The notes: a model not told the origin generated them from the sequence alone. A DNA stretch of 64,000 nt from Eledone cirrhosa (GCA_964016885.1 OZ024740.1:301134001-301198000), one strand, 5' to 3'. Positions 43,471 through 58,204 are shown, counted from the first letter of the stretch. Program-made: numbers and translations.

Positions 43471-43711
43471 TAGCATTCACCGAAAGTTAGTTTACAAAAC
43501 AACAAATGCTATATTGGTTAAATCTCAATTTGACGATGCAAATTGGAAATATTGGGTCAACCACAGCCCCGTACACACACACATACACACACAAGCAAGT
43601 AAGTTCAATTCAGTGTTCTCCTATAGGTGTATATATTGAATTGTAACATCCGTATCTCCAAATAGTGTAGGTTATGTTAAATACACATCCGTATCGTCCG
43701 GATTTTCATTT

Positions 43712-43820
<109 letters not shown>

Positions 43821-45099
43821 GAGAGAGAGGGGGGAGGGACATATATATATATATATATATATGTGTTGGCGCTTATAAATAGTGATGTATATATAAGGAT
43901 GTACGTATTGATAATCAGTAATATACTCTATCTTTATTTAAAAACATTTTGAAAGCATTTCGCTAATAATTTAATGTAGTGACTGTCGTCACATACCTAG
44001 CTTCCGCTAAAACAAAGGGAAATAACCGCTCTGTCTGTAAATCAGTTACAACAGCTCATAAAAATATCTGGAATGCTAAACGAGTCCAGCTTCTATAGCT
44101 TACAGCAAATGCATAGCCTTGACAGCCACTTACAATTGAGAAAAGATTGGTTGTAAGCTATATTTTCATGCATAGTGTATATCTATACTCCTCCCATTCT
44201 CGTCTTCACTCTTCCTTTCTCCCGGTCTTCCTCCCTCGATGTTTGTTTTTCATCTCTCATTTTCTTACAATACCTTTTTTTGTCATATGAACTATATCAA
44301 TGCGTATATGTTCAAATAAATCCCACCTGATAAATCGTTGTTTCAATTGATTTTCACTACAAGGGTTCTCAGGCCCAGAGTCCCAAAGGTAAATAATTCG
44401 CCCATGTTTCACTTTCATCAGTATTGATGAAAGTGTTCCCCTGACCAATTCTATACAATGATGCCAATGAAAATCACTTAAAATCAGTCATCATTTTTAA
44501 TCTAGTCAAAATTCAAAATACTTCTTAATTTGTGTAAATGTATATGAAGAAAAACAAACAAAGACCGTTAAATATACATATTGAAACATTGTTATAAATG
44601 TATGGGATTTGTAATATATAAAAGACAGTCTAACTGAAACAGAAATTGGCGATAATGTCATGCATATGCACTAAAGACGTTATTTATTTAACAAATGATA
44701 AGATTTGTATGTCCTATATTGGAAAAGTATTTGTTGTTTAATGTCAGGAATGCGACTACAAGTTTAGATTAATCTCTTCATTTTTATCATTATATAACCC
44801 CAAAATAACCAGCTCCAAATCTTACGATCGACGTTTTTGTAACATTTCCGTACTGTATACTTATTGATTAAAGCTATTTGTATTTTTCATGTTTTCAATT
44901 ATTTCTCTTCGATAATCTAGCAAACATCTCCGAATCTAAAATTTTCAGTTTTGTACTATTTTGAACAAATAATTTCCACTAGTTTACAACATATCCTTAA
45001 GCATCTCCTTTCACAACAACACCATGGTGTAGGTTAGAATAAAGAAGAGACAGAAAATAAGAACTTATTCACTGAGGAAGTTACAAAATGTGTCACCAA

Positions 45100-45260
45100 A
45101 GATCTTTGGCAATAAATAAACAACCATCCGGTTATTAAACTAAGCAACTGGACATTTATAATAAATTGAAATGAAAACTAAGAGGTGCGTTTGTTTTATT
45201 TGCAGCATGACCTTCCCAAATTATAACAATATATGTTTTAACAAAAATTTTCAGATAATC
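45100..45260 (+). mobile_element. Old fragment of the palindromic-element/Naiad-like end family
   Basis: TTTATAATAAATTGAA...GCAGCATGACCTTCCCAAATTATAACAAT matches ~31525-31600. Confidence 0.65.
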
Positions 45261-45359
45261 ATCTTGAAAATAAATACAAAAAGGCTGTACATATGTCTTT
45301 CTCTCAGAGAGAGAGAGAGACAGACAGACAGAGAGAGGGAGGGAGAGAAATTGTCTGTG

Positions 45360-45760
45360 TAAGAGAGAGAGGTTACGGTGCTGAAAACCGAGGCAACCAC
45401 TAATCATGGGAATACTCAATGCAGTAGGAGAAACAGTATGTATAAAGATAGTTAAGATCCCGACCGGAACGCCAAGCGATTTCGGCTTGAGTGTTCAGCA
45501 AGCCTTTTCTATGGTGATGTAAATTTTGCAAGGTCTGTAAATATAGATCACTAGTTTTGGTTGTGCTTTGGTCAAATTTATGAGAGTAGTAAACTGGGTT
45601 GATGGAGAAAGTGGAGCTGACAGATAGTGGTAAGTGTTTCTAAGCAGGTTAGGGTCCAGGACAAGGAAATAATGTGAGTGGGTGTAGTGGTGATTACTGG
45701 GTAGAAGTGGAGTACAAGGATGAGGGGAGTAATGGTCATAAGAATAGGGGGTGATCATAT
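45360..45760 (-). mobile_element. Probable PLE 3'-end remnant with hammerhead-like fold
   Basis: Minus strand GGCTTG/CAAGCC-GAAA-TCG/CGG-TC^ at ~45455-45515; first core box degenerate. Confidence 0.4.
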
Positions 45761-46499
45761 TTTATTTTTTGCTCATTTGCTTCTACAGAACACAATTTTA
45801 TTTTATTATTTTCTTTAAAATATTCCTTCAACTTCTAAGCCCTGCCCGCACATATTCTTAACCCCACCAAAGAAATTATTAAATGTATGAATGTATTCAG
45901 AACTTAGAACCTATGGCATAAATATTTAGCGTGCATTACTATTACACAATATATAAAGGGTAAAATACAAAGACAAAATACCACAAATAAAACAGAGTTT
46001 GAGTTGAATAAATCTTTAGTGAGAATCATATTTAGAGTACTTATTATAAAATAAGATAATTTGACAGTAGGAACTGCTATACAGAAGGCAGAGCCAACTA
46101 ACATTTGGATGAAACCAGACATATATATAATAAAATGGGAACTGTAAAATATATTCAAGAGGTAAAGAGAAAATGATTCCATACTCAGCAAAATGACAGA
46201 TACAAATCATTTCACACCTCCATATTTATGAGGATCAAAGAACGCTTTTGGTAAATGTGTGTATCTTCACATATTCGTAACGATAATGGTAGGTATGATG
46301 ATTTTTGAGTCTATATCTTGTCGATGTTCATGTTGATGGGTTAATGAATATTGATGGCAATCTTCCAAATTACTGCAGAATGTGTTCACTGACAATAATG
46401 AAGTGGATATGATCAATGCTAATTGCTAATGTGAAAATGAATAAAGTTTCTAATCATCATAAAGTAGAATAATATTGTTCAGGTTATCAAAGTGGAGAC

Positions 46500-46735
46500 A
46501 GGTTGCCTAGTGATAAGGATCTGGACGTAAGATCACAATGTCCTAGGTTCGATTTCTGGGCTGGGATTTTCTTCTTGTGTTCTTGAGAAAAACACTTCAT
46601 TTCACGTTGCACCAGTATACTAAGCTGAAACAGAGTACCAGCAGGCGGGTTATTGAACTCTCACTCGATTCACGCCACAAAACCAAGATAAATACAGACA
46701 TAATGAGTCTCCTGGCTTGGGACAGACTTTAGCGT
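46500..46735 (+). mobile_element. Degenerate tRNA-derived SINE (second family)
   Basis: GCCTAGTGATAAGG A-box-like, GGTTCGATT B-box, CTTGAG..AAACACTTCATTTCACGTTGC core. Confidence 0.55.
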
Positions 46736-46749
46736 ATCAAAGTAAAAAG

Positions 46750-46960
46750 GCGGGTGGTAGATTGGCAGATTCGATGGGGATTTGAGGGAACGATTGGCCC
46801 TATAGTTCTGGTTATTTACCTTCTGAGATCAACTTCCCCATTCATCTTCCCATGTTCGATAAAATCAGTGTCTTAGGTAAGCTGAGAGATCGATAGAATT
46901 AACATACCTCCCCACGCCTTAGATTGGTTGCCTTGTTTCAAAATTAGAAACCATTATTAT
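46750..46960 (+). mobile_element. Highly degenerate copy of the 8200-type SINE
   Basis: GATTGGCAGA..., TCGATAAAAT.AGT and CCTTGTTTCAAAATTAGAAACCATTATT remnants. Confidence 0.5.
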
Positions 46961-47288
46961 TTGAAGGATTGGCATATTTATAGGCATTCTAACCATTTTC
47001 ATAAATATTCTCATTCTTATCATAATCCTGATATTGTTCTCATCATAATCAAAATCAGAAACTTTCATATCTTGTGCTTCTTTATTGTCGATACACATTC
47101 AACTTTACTACCACAGGTATGAATAAAATCGAAAATGTTGAAAAATAAATAAACTGTTAAAAGAAGTACGTTAGCAGAACATTTGAATTTCATCAGAGTT
47201 TTATTATATATAATATCATGGGGAATATCTTAGCTGCGGAAGATCAGTGGAAACATTTTCCTTTGATAATTTTCAGAGCAATTTTGTG

Positions 47289-47319
<31 letters not shown>

Positions 47320-48127
47320 CTGCGCTTCTTTCTCCATGCAGGTTTTATGTAGGTTAAGTCATTCATAATTCATAGGAAACGTGGCATAAAAATTAAATTT
47401 CACTGACGTTGAAACTGATTAATTCAGGAACACTAAGAAATATCGATGCAAGTAACTTTTCGTCATTGGGGAAGGAGCCGAAGCCTTTACTTGAATGAAA
47501 TTGGTTCGTAGATTAAAACTCATTCCGCCGTAATGTCGAAGTTCATTTTAAGCAATGTTAAACGTGGAGACGTTTTTAATAAACTATAAATTCTGTTTAC
47601 GTACTGTATTGTTTATTCTAATAGAAGCATTTAATGCGATCACATATACGACATTACCGACTTATGTGGATGCTAACGGTGATGAAAAATACAATTAGCT
47701 ATTGTAATTGTTGACTTAATGAGCTTTCTCAGAACAGATATGTCCAGTCTGGTCACATCTATAGACTGGAGCACGAATAGTACAGTCTAGAATGTATAGT
47801 TTATTTCATGATTCGAACATTATCTCTGAACATAAACATATTACTTTAATTTCACTCTGAATCTAATTGCTAATATTTATGTATTTGTGTTTTCTGCTAT
47901 TTGACTCATGAGTAGATAACATTTTAACTTTTTATATAATGCTTTCAATAGGCAGACATCGGCTTCGGGGATGAATGACAGCTCCGCAAGTTAGAGCAGT
48001 TCTAACCACACTGAAAGTCAATGATATTCAAGAAATAAGAAATCAACTCTACATATGCAGAAATGTGTACTGATGTAGTAACTTAGTTTTGGGTGGAAAC
48101 TTATGTTTATTATTAACCAGCTTAGTA

Positions 48128-48342
48128 GGCGATGGATTGGCAGTATCGGTAGAGGATCGGACGCCATGCTTTTCAGCATAGAGTTACGGCCCTTTATGAT
48201 CTGAGTTAAAATCCCGCCAAGGTGAACTTTGCTTTTCATCCTTACGGTATCGATACAATAAAATACCAGTCACACAATTCCATTTAATTGATTTTCCCGC
48301 CCAAAATATTTCTAGCATTGTCCCTATATAAGAACCATTATT
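48128..48342 (+). mobile_element. tRNA-derived SINE (8200 family)
   Basis: GGCGATGGATTGGCAGTATCGGTAGAG...CTGAGTTAAAATCCCGCC...TCGATACAATAAAATACCAGT. Confidence 0.85.
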
Positions 48343-49249
48343 AATCAACTTAAAATGATAGAACAATCTCTATCATTCTTTTTATAGAGTACCAACACAT
48401 GATATAGAAACACCTTTATAAATATCTTAAATCCTTAGGCTAGTGATTGGCTTTTATAAACATATTATTTTCTGTACCTGAACATATACAGCTATATGGT
48501 TACTCGGAAACTCCAATAACACGAGTAATAAATCCCTATGAATTGCCTTATGTGCGAGACCAACACAGAAAATAATATTAACGGGTGTACGTGTATATAA
48601 GACGACATTGCGGAATGAACTTTCATAGAAGCGTATTATTTGAAATTGATGCGGAAGTAATCTCTGCTTGAGAAAATCACCTTGTGTCGGACAGTATAAA
48701 AGTGTTTATATTTTGGTTGTCATTGCCATGTAGCATATCATGTAAATGTCAAATTGTTCATTCTGATACTTACTACTTCTGAGACAGCAATTCTTCTTAA
48801 AAATTGGTGAAACACTACCGCAAAGAAGCCATGAAAATCTAACGAAAATAATCGTTTGAAAATTGATTTTGCAGCTGTTATCTGTCTCTAGATTCGTAAA
48901 CCAGTAAGGAAATTCATTTGCATTTAGTTATATAGGATGGTGTCATTTCTGAAGTTTTCATTTAACATCTCAGTATAGAGCAACTATGAACAATTTGGCA
49001 ACAGATATTTATAATTTCTTATTGTTTTTCAGACAAATCCCATACAATTTATCCACAACATTTTCTCCGTTCTCAACGTATCAAAGGCGGAAATGTATAC
49101 GCAGTTGTCTCCTATTATACTTCGTCACTCACTATCTTATGTTGGAAGAATTCTCGCTTGAGCAACTGTAATCTGCACATCGTTAATAATGTTAGTTTGC
49201 AACTGTAGTGTTAGACATGTAACATTATTGTATTTTAATTTAGCCTCAA

Positions 49250-50250
49250 TTATTTTCACTGAATGAAATAGTAAAATATACCTGATGGTTTTGTCCCTCT
49301 ACCATTCATGTAATTGCATTGGGGCTCTTTTCATGCTTCTTAATTATGTTATGCCGCCTTTCTCCAAATAATAACACAATATTTGCAAAGTCCATTGATG
49401 GATCATTGTATACTCGGTCAAATTATTATGACACAATATGTATAGTATGCTTCAGTTTGCTGAACGTTTTGACGATTTAAATCCGGTTTCACATGCATGT
49501 GTCTATCTTCATTTACTGATAATCATTCAGAATAAACAATTGATTTAAGAACACCAGCTGCCTGATAAGTATGAGAATCAACCATTTGCAGATTGCATTT
49601 CCTTAAGCATAAGTAATGATGAATATAGAAACAAAGTCTGCACTGCATAAATGTTGACACTTAATTTTTCTAATATATCCTCCTATCAAAGCTAATTTCA
49701 GATGCTGGAACATAGATATTATTCAGGATTTTATACAATTGCCATAGTCACATTTGATGAGAGGGAATCATTAGCAGGAATCGTGTTAATTGTCAACCGA
49801 GATGTTTTCAGTAAAACATATATTGTCAGACGCGCAGCAAAGTATACATCATAATCAGGAGGATCTTCTAATTTAGATAGATCATTTCCGTACATACAGA
49901 CATGATCTGCTTTTGGAAAGAGGATTATAATCAATAAAGAGATATAAATGAAATGTTTCTTCGGCAATACAAATAATATAGGGGAAATGTTCTCAATTGG
50001 ATTAGCATTGGAAGGGATAGTGTCTTCATAATTGGATATATTGATATTTGAATCTTCTAATTTCTGGAGAATTGCCCGGTTGATGCATTTGTGTGTCGAC
50101 AGTATATGTATAATATATTTATGTGTGCAAAAACACACATTTAAAAAAATATGTACAATAATATGGACAACCAAGTTCCACATATACATTTACGCATCCA
50201 CACTCATACAATGGAATGCAAAATAAAAACAGAAACAAAAATATCTTATC
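49250..50250 (-). pseudogene. Decayed transmembrane + TIR-like domain coding remnant (Toll-like receptor-like)
   Basis: Across frameshifts: hydrophobic FIYISLLIIILF, DYDVYFAA (TIR box-1-like), IYVPASEISF..EDILEKLSVNI, CSADFVSIFI..AICKW. Confidence 0.45.
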
Positions 50251-52173
50251 AGTACTTTCATATTCATTGGCACTTAATATTGTGTTATTGACTCTGTGGT
50301 GATTCTATGCCACTTTCCAACATGGTACCATGACGCTTTCCTCACAATTTATGTAATATACATTTTCATTTTTCACGAGTTTTCTCTTTTCATTTCCTCA
50401 TTGTTTCATTTAATGATGAATTACTTTAGTTTCAAACGTTAAACGTACGTAAGCTTTTCTTCTCAAACATCAGAATTATACAATGTTTATTAGTATGTCT
50501 TTTTGTATTTACAGTATAATCTCGTTATATATTTCCATATTGTTCAGGCATATTACCTGTATTAATTCTAGAAGCGAGTATATGTGACTGAGTGTGTGTG
50601 AGTTCTACAGAATGAGATTAGCTTTTATTACACCAAGTTGTATTGAATTATAAGCTAGAGGTAACCGAATGCTGTTTACCAGAGCATACGATATAAAACA
50701 TGTAGTTATAAATGTCGCAATTTAGCTTTAATAAATTCAAATTAAATTTGAATGTAGAAAATAATTAAATATAATACGTCGTAGATTTATTATCTATAAA
50801 CACCATGGAATTATGATGGTGACACGATAAGTAAAATATTTCTTTCTTGTAGACATATTGTAGTTTCAAAGACGATGTTTATATAGATAATTATGCTGCT
50901 ATTTCTGTAGTATAATTAATATGACAGGTAACACAATACCTTAAATATGGATTAGCCATAATTACACCATTCTGCTAAGAGTAGAAATTACGACAATTTG
51001 ATATTAATAAAAAGAATTTGCTGAATATAAAATGTATTACATATGTATGCATATAGTAAACACATAAAATTACACACATATTTCCCCAAACAAGAACATA
51101 TATGTGCGTTACTACGTCTCTCACGTTCGGGTATTTCATAATATTTATGCTGAATTGAGTAATAATCATTATCATATGTATGTTGGAGCATATATCTCTC
51201 GTCACAGAAATTTAACGTATCATTTTATTGATAGCAACGAAGTCATTATAAAACCGACCTGGAACCTATCAGTCAAAATGATAGCATGTCACCGTGATAG
51301 TTGTGAACAGTTCGGATATCGTAGTGTTCGGCAACTAATTACAGGAACGTCGAATGGAGTAACGATCAGCATTAATAAAGCAATGGCTTTGAAAAACAGC
51401 GTATGGATTGGCAAATCAATACCGGTCAGCACCGTTGTTAGACCCTGGTTGGACTGAGCAATCAAGTAGCTCGGGGTCAATTTCGACCAGCTCCCTAGAT
51501 GGATAGGAACTAGGATGAGATGACGCCCTAGGTTGTCGCGCACTCACAGATATGGGCCGAGAGGCAACTATCACTGAAATATTGCGTAGAGGGGGGTACT
51601 GATTACATCGTTCCGTTTATATGTTACCTACCGGCCATTGTGTCTTGCACTAGTCCGCACCTCACTATATTCTGCCGACTCTTCTTTCATTTTTTGTCCA
51701 AGGGACAGAATCTGCTGATAAGGTGGTCCATCTGCTGACAACATGCTGTGACTATTGATGCAGAAACAAACTTTGAGGCTACATCATTTGCAGATGCCCC
51801 TAAACAGTTCAGGAAATATTCAGAGAACAACACCACCCCCAATTTATTGTATTTGTGAATATAGCCAATGCTATTAACAGATTATCTTCTTAGAAATGTT
51901 CTCAGAAAGTGTGTTTCCCGCCTGAGCGCATGATACTATTATATCATTCTCACCTGTGTGTGATTATTTAAGAGGTCATTTGATAGATGTAAACTGGGCA
52001 TTCCAGTGTAAAGTCTGAATGATATCATTCATGGATTTTCAAGTACGATTCACAGACAATACGGCAAAGGGAGGAGTGGCATCGAGTTTAGTGAATATGG
52101 ACAGTAGCAAATCTGTCAGTTGTATTCAATAATCAATGGCGTTTGTGTGCCGTGCTACCTAATGCCTTATATA

Positions 52174-53121
52174 TCTATATATATAAAGTGAAGTTGGGCG
52201 TAGTTTGTTTGTTTGGTGTCCCGAACTTGCAGGCTACACCGTTCATCCGATTTTCAGGAAACTTGACACATATAAAACTCGACCCGAGATGGAATAGGCT
52301 ACTTGAAATTTTTAAAATATCGATAATATTTTCAAAACATGCCGATTTCGATGAAACTCGAGGCAAATGTGTATTTTGATCCGGGGATGAATGGGGCCAA
52401 ATTAAATGTTCGTAAAGCCGATAATGGAATCACCAGAGGCAAAAATCGATATTTACGAAATTTGTCCGATTCCAATGAAATTTAACAAACCATACTTGAA
52501 GACGCGTTGAGGCTGTTCAAAGGGCAATAATCCTAGCCACAATTTTAATCAACTTTTTTTTCTCCCATAGCAAATTTACCGGGACAGGTCTTTAGCTACT
52601 CAAATCTACTTCAGAGGTCACGAATCCATGTAATAATTCAATAAAACTGAAGCGGGGGATCGACTTTGCGCAAAAAACAAGGCAAAGGTGCACATGGGAA
52701 AACTTTTTACAGGATCGTCCGATTTTCTTGAAAATTGTCGCAAGAGACTAGCCATTATGCCACGGTTTAGATATACTACATTCTATTTCTTCTTCTGAAC
52801 ATGTGAGCGCGAAAATTGTAAAACAAATAAAAACTGTGAAAAAATCGACTTTTTCACCCTGCTTTAAAAATCAACTGAAAATTCAATTTCAAGTGAATTT
52901 GACTTCCGTCAGTCGTGCAAAGAACAATTTCAACGATACACTGTGTACCTACAATTGATCCATTATTTATGCTCAATTACACGCCTGCGTCAACTAACCT
53001 CTGTTTTCTTTCCTTGAGGTTCGAAGGTTTTTCCACCTGTGATGCGCGGAAAGTAACTTTCACATATTTTAACAGACCAAAGGTCAAGTTACACCCGGGC
53101 AACGCCGGGTACTTCTGCTAG
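52174..53121 (+). mobile_element. Non-autonomous Helitron
   Basis: 5' TC(TATATATATAAAG), subterminal GC hairpin ACCCGG-GCAACG-CCGGGT (53093-53110), 3' CTAG, inserted between A and T, no TSD. Confidence 0.88.
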
Positions 53122-53152
53122 TATATATATATATCTATTAGAAAAGGGAAGT

Positions 53153-53239
<87 letters not shown>

Positions 53240-53242
<3 letters not shown>

Positions 53243-56200
53243 TAGCGAGGGTTTTTATATGAATTCGTGTGTCGAAACAAATATTGTTACACTTGAGGAG
53301 GGTCATATTTGTGTAATATTGCCAGAATTAATAACAGAACACACTCACTGTTTGGTTGGTTTTCGCTTCTCGCTGTCTTTTATATCTGCGATCTAACTTA
53401 ATCGGTCCTCAATGTTGCCATTGACTGACCGACGGTCAAAAATAATACAGATACAATATAGACACAAACACATATATATAGTTTACATAATTTACATAAA
53501 TCTTTCGTTGCACATCTGCAACATCGTCAGTGGTGTTATATTTTTTCCTCCTGTTGTGTTGTATGTCTACGCCATTTTTTATTCAGTCTGTCTATATATT
53601 TAATTATTTATTTGCTTGTTTGTTTATTTTATTTTGTCTTCTTTGCGCATGCGTTTGCGTGTGTGTATAGTGTTATGTTTGCTGTGTGACTAGTGTGTAT
53701 AGTGTTATTTCTGCTGGGTGACTAGTGTGTGTTTATGTGCTTGTTGTTAATGTGCTTGTGTATGTACTTATTTATCTTATTTTATTTTATTTTATTTTAT
53801 TTTATTTACTTATTTATACTTCTCTTAGGTCAGTGTTGTTTGTTTGGGTGTTGTTGTTGTTCCACTGATTCTTTCTGTTTAGCTTTGGTCTTCTAATTTC
53901 TATTTCACTGGCCTCTCTGATTTGCCTATCTGCTGGGTCATTCCTATGTTTAGATATTATTGTAATTTCTATGTTGTCTATGTTACCGTCATGTAGTTGT
54001 CTAGCATGTTCGTATAGTACTGACCCGTTTTTTCATCCTTTTAGTTCCCCCCAGTGTTGGTCTATCTTTTCACCTATGCTACGAGCTGTTTCGCCTATGT
54101 ATGTTGTTGTCATGTTTCTGCAAGTACCCTCTGTACATCTTATGCTATAGACTACGTTTCTAGTTTTACAGTTTATCCGGGGGTTCACCTTACATATGAT
54201 ACATTTCCTATTGGTACAGTGGGTTTTCTTAAAAGGGTAGGTTTTGCTGATCAGGGATTTTATGGTGGTTCCTGGCTTTTCTACCACCTTTATTTTTAAG
54301 TGGGTCTTTCTCAGGGCCTTTCTACACTGGTTAGCTAATTTCCCTCCAGGGGTGGCGTCCCCAAACATGACACTCTGATATCTCTGGTTGTCGTACCATG
54401 ATGTGGCCTTCCCTGTCTTATGCCTAGCCCTATCTAAGCTATTCCATGATTTGCTCCTGTATAATGGGCAAATTCCTTTCATGTCCAGTTCTATGAGGGT
54501 CTTATACTTTTCCATGGCTCCTTCGTATACTCTGACTCTGTCTCTTTGGTTGTAGCCAGAGAACTGCATGCGGTTGATGAAGTGTTGGATGTGTCTTTCC
54601 ATTTCTGTTGGGTCAGACATGCTGGACACATTCTTCATCACTCGTACCAAATCTGCGATCAGAATATTAAACTTAGCACTACTGGACATTGCAGAGTTTT
54701 TGAGTATCAGGTATTTGGAGGCCATGGGTTTAGCATAGTGTGAGTGGAGAATTTGGGCTCTATCGTCTATAGTGTTAATCCAGAGTTCTGTGTCTAATAC
54801 AGGTAGTCTATTGTTAGGGTCTTTGGAAGGGAAGTCGATAGTTACAGTTATACTCTGGTGTATGGAATTAGCTATCTGCTGGATGCTTTCCATCGTTCTA
54901 CGTTCTAAATCAAACTTGTTAGTGCTCTCTAGTGGGGGTGTTCTTATAACTATATTGATATCGTCTACATAACGAGAGTACATGATGAGGTCTATGGAGC
55001 TTTCATTAAGGAGATCTTTAAGTCTCCTTTCCCACCATACCATGAAAAGGTTGGCAACATCACCAGCTATGCTGACGCCGATGGCTGCTCCCTCATTTTG
55101 GGTGTAGATTTTCTCATTGAACTTAAATATGTGGCCCTTTAGGGTAGTTTTGATACTAGCCCCTATTGCATGTGCGACCATTTTTCTTACCTGATCATTG
55201 TTTTGGGGGGTCCGTATAGCTTTGGTCCACCCAATCCACCTTCCCATGGGAGTCTTTTTTGCCATTGAGGTTATGGTGGGGGTTCTACCTCTTATAGGTC
55301 TACTAGGGCAGAAACATCTAAGGTCATGGCTGTCTAGGTAGTCAGTGTCGTAGGTAAGTCTAAGTAGGAGGCCCAGTTCGTCTGTGTCGACGTCGCAGAA
55401 CTCCACCTCACTCTCAATGATCATCTCCACACATCTTTTCACAGCAAAATCAATGTTAATGGATGTGACACCACATCCATGCTGCCTATTATGCAGTTGG
55501 ATAGGCTCCTGTTTTTGTTGCACTCACTGATTCTGCTGAGGAGGTCCTCTATACTTTCACATACATCTGGGGACATCTTGATTATGGGGCGTATAACCAT
55601 TGAGAGGAAGTAGGAGATCCTGTAGTTGCTAGCTATATTAGCTCCGCATACGGGTCTTGTTGGTGGTCCTGTTGTCGGGTCGTCGACTGTCTTGTAGTCT
55701 TTGCGGAGCCCATACAAGTGTGGTATGCCATTGTTAGACGCCTGGAAGTTGTTGGCAGTGCGTCTGCTTGGCTTTAGGATGTCAGTCCACATCATCATGT
55801 GAGCGTTGAGGATTTTTTCTTACCCATCGTGTGTTTGTTGTGCAACTTCGCTCGTGTTGGTGATGTGGAGTTGCATAGCCTCGATGTAGTTCGGCATGCT
55901 ATCTATTGACATCCTACCAGACTTATCTGTGGGTAGACACACTACCTCACCATCCCTTGTGCGCTGCTTGAGGCTAACCAAGCCTTCTACAGGTTTTCTC
56001 CCAAGTTTTTGGGCCTCTGGTCTGCTCTGTCTCTTAGTATACCTGTCTACTACTTGTCTAATCTTATTTCTAGCTATGGTGAACTGTGCCTCTGTCTCGT
56101 CATCTATTTGCTGTCTCGTCATCTATTAGATGTTTCTGGCCTAGTAGACCTATAAGAGGTAGACCCCCCACCATAACCTCAATGGCAAAAAAGACTCCCA

Positions 56201-58145
56201 TGGGAAGGTGGATTGGGTGGACCAAAGCTATACGGACCCCCCAAAACAATGATCAGGTAAGAAAAATGGTCGCACATGCAATAGGGGCTAGTATCAAAAC
56301 TACCCTAAAGGGCCACATATTTAAGTTCAATGAGAAAATCTGCACCCAAAATGAGGGAGCAGCCATCGGCGTCAGCATAGCTGGTGATGTTGCCAACCTT
56401 TTCATGGTATGGTGGGAAAGGAGACTTAAAGATCTCCTTAATGAAAGCTCCATAGACCTCATCATGTACTCTCGTTATGTAGACGATATCAATATAGTTA
56501 TAAGAACACCCCCACTAGAGAGCACTAACAAGTTTGATTTAGAACGTAGAACGATGGAAAGCATCCAGCAGATAGCAAATTCCATACACCAGAGTATAAC
56601 TGTAACTATCGACTTCCCTTCCAAACACCCTAACAATAGACTACCTGTATTAGACACAGAACTCTGGATTAACACTATAGACGAGAGAGCCCAAATTCTC
56701 CACTCACACTATGCTAAACCCATGGCCTCCAAATACCTGATACTCAAAAACTCAGCAATGTCCAGTAGTGCTAAGTTTAATATTCTGATCGCAGATTTGG
56801 TACGAGTGATGAATAATGTGTCCAGCATGTGCGACCCAACAGAAATGGAAAGACACATCCAACACTTCATCAACCGCATGCAGTTCCCTGGCTACAACCA
56901 AAGAGACAGGGTCAGAGTATACGAAGGAGCCATGGAAAAGTATAAGACCCTCATAGAACTGGACATGAAAGGAATTTGCCCATTATACAGGAGCAAATCA
57001 TGGAATAGCTTAGATAGGGCTAGACATAAGATAGGGAAGGCCACATCATGGTACGACAACCAGAGATATCAGAGTGTCATGTTTGTGGACGCCACCCCTG
57101 GAGGGAAATTAGCTAACCAGTGTAGAAAGGCCCTGAGAAAGACCACTTAAAAATAAAGGTGGTAGAAAAGCCAGGAACCACCATAAAATCCCTGATCAGC
57201 AAAACCTACCCTGTTAAGAAAACCCACTGTACCAATAGGAAATGTATCATATGTAAGGTGAACCCCCGGATAAACTGTAAAACTAGAAACGTAGTCTATA
57301 GCATAAGATGTACAGAGGGTACTTGCAGAAACATGACAACAACATACATAGGCGAAACAGCTCGTAGCATAGGTGAAAGGATAGACCAACACTGGGGGGA
57401 ACTAAAAGGGCGAAAAAACGGGTCAGTATTATACGAACATGCTAGACAACTACATGACGGTAACTTAGACAACATAGAAATTAGAATAATATCTAAACAT
57501 AGGAATGACCGAGCAGATAGGCAAATCAGAGAGGCCAGTGAAATAGAAATTAGAAGACCAAAGCTAAACAGAAAGAATCAGCGGAACAGCAACAACACCC
57601 AAACAAACAACACTGACCTAAGAAAAGTATAAATAAGTAAATAAAATAAAATAAAATAAGATAAATAAATACATACACAAGCACAATAACAACAAGCACA
57701 TAAACACACACTAGTCACCCAGCAGACACAACACTATACACACTAGTCACACAGCAAACATAACACTATACACACACGCAAACGCATGCGCAAAGAAGAC
57801 AAAATAAAATAAACAAACAAGCAAATAAATAATTAAATATATAGACAGACTGAATAAAAAATGGCGTAGACATACAACACAACAGGAGGAAAAAATATAA
57901 CACCACTGACGATGTTGCAGATGTGCAACGAAAGATTTATGTAAATTATGTAAACTATATATATGTTTGTGTCTATATTGTATCTGTATTATTTTTGACC
58001 GTCGGTCAGTCAATGGCAACATTGAGGACCGATTAAGTTAGATCGCAGATATAAAAGACAGCGAGAAGCGAAAACCAACCAAACAGTGAGTGTATTCTGT
58101 TATTAATTCTGGCAATATTACACAAATATGACCCTCCCCATGTGT

Positions 58146-58150
<5 letters not shown>
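53240..58150. mobile_element. Naiad-like PLE as a head-to-head inverted dimer (minus arm 53240-~56110, plus arm ~56126-58150)
   Basis: TDKSG, PTRPVCG, a long insertion between RT motifs (DELGLLLRL..RGRTPTIT), GAAIG, YSRYVDD, LPVLD, HYAKPMAS; C-terminal GIY-YIG (VVYSIRC..YIGETAR). Arms near-identical. Confidence 0.88.
57893..57980 (+). ncRNA. Hammerhead-like motif in the Naiad-like pLTR (mirror ~53455-53545)
   Basis: CTGACGA-T-GTTGCA/TGCAAC-GAAA, long AT stem III, stem I AATATAACACCA/TTGTGTCTATATT; atypical 15.2-16.2 position. Confidence 0.55.

Positions 58151-58199
<49 letters not shown>

Positions 58200-58204
<5 letters not shown>

Noticed and set aside
44257-44448. 63-aa ORF as a host exon
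   Set aside because: No recognisable motif or supportable splice structure.
54033-54035. In-frame TGA in the Naiad-like endonuclease as selenocysteine (some Naiads are selenoproteins)
   Set aside because: The sister arm has CGA (Arg) at this site (~57411), so this is a C-to-T mutation. The zinc-finger positions are ordinary Cys codons and no SECIS is evident.
53284-58150. Long terminal inverted repeats as a DNA transposon or Polinton
   Set aside because: The arms encode PLE RT and GIY-YIG, one arm has a tail, and there is no transposase/integrase or TSD.
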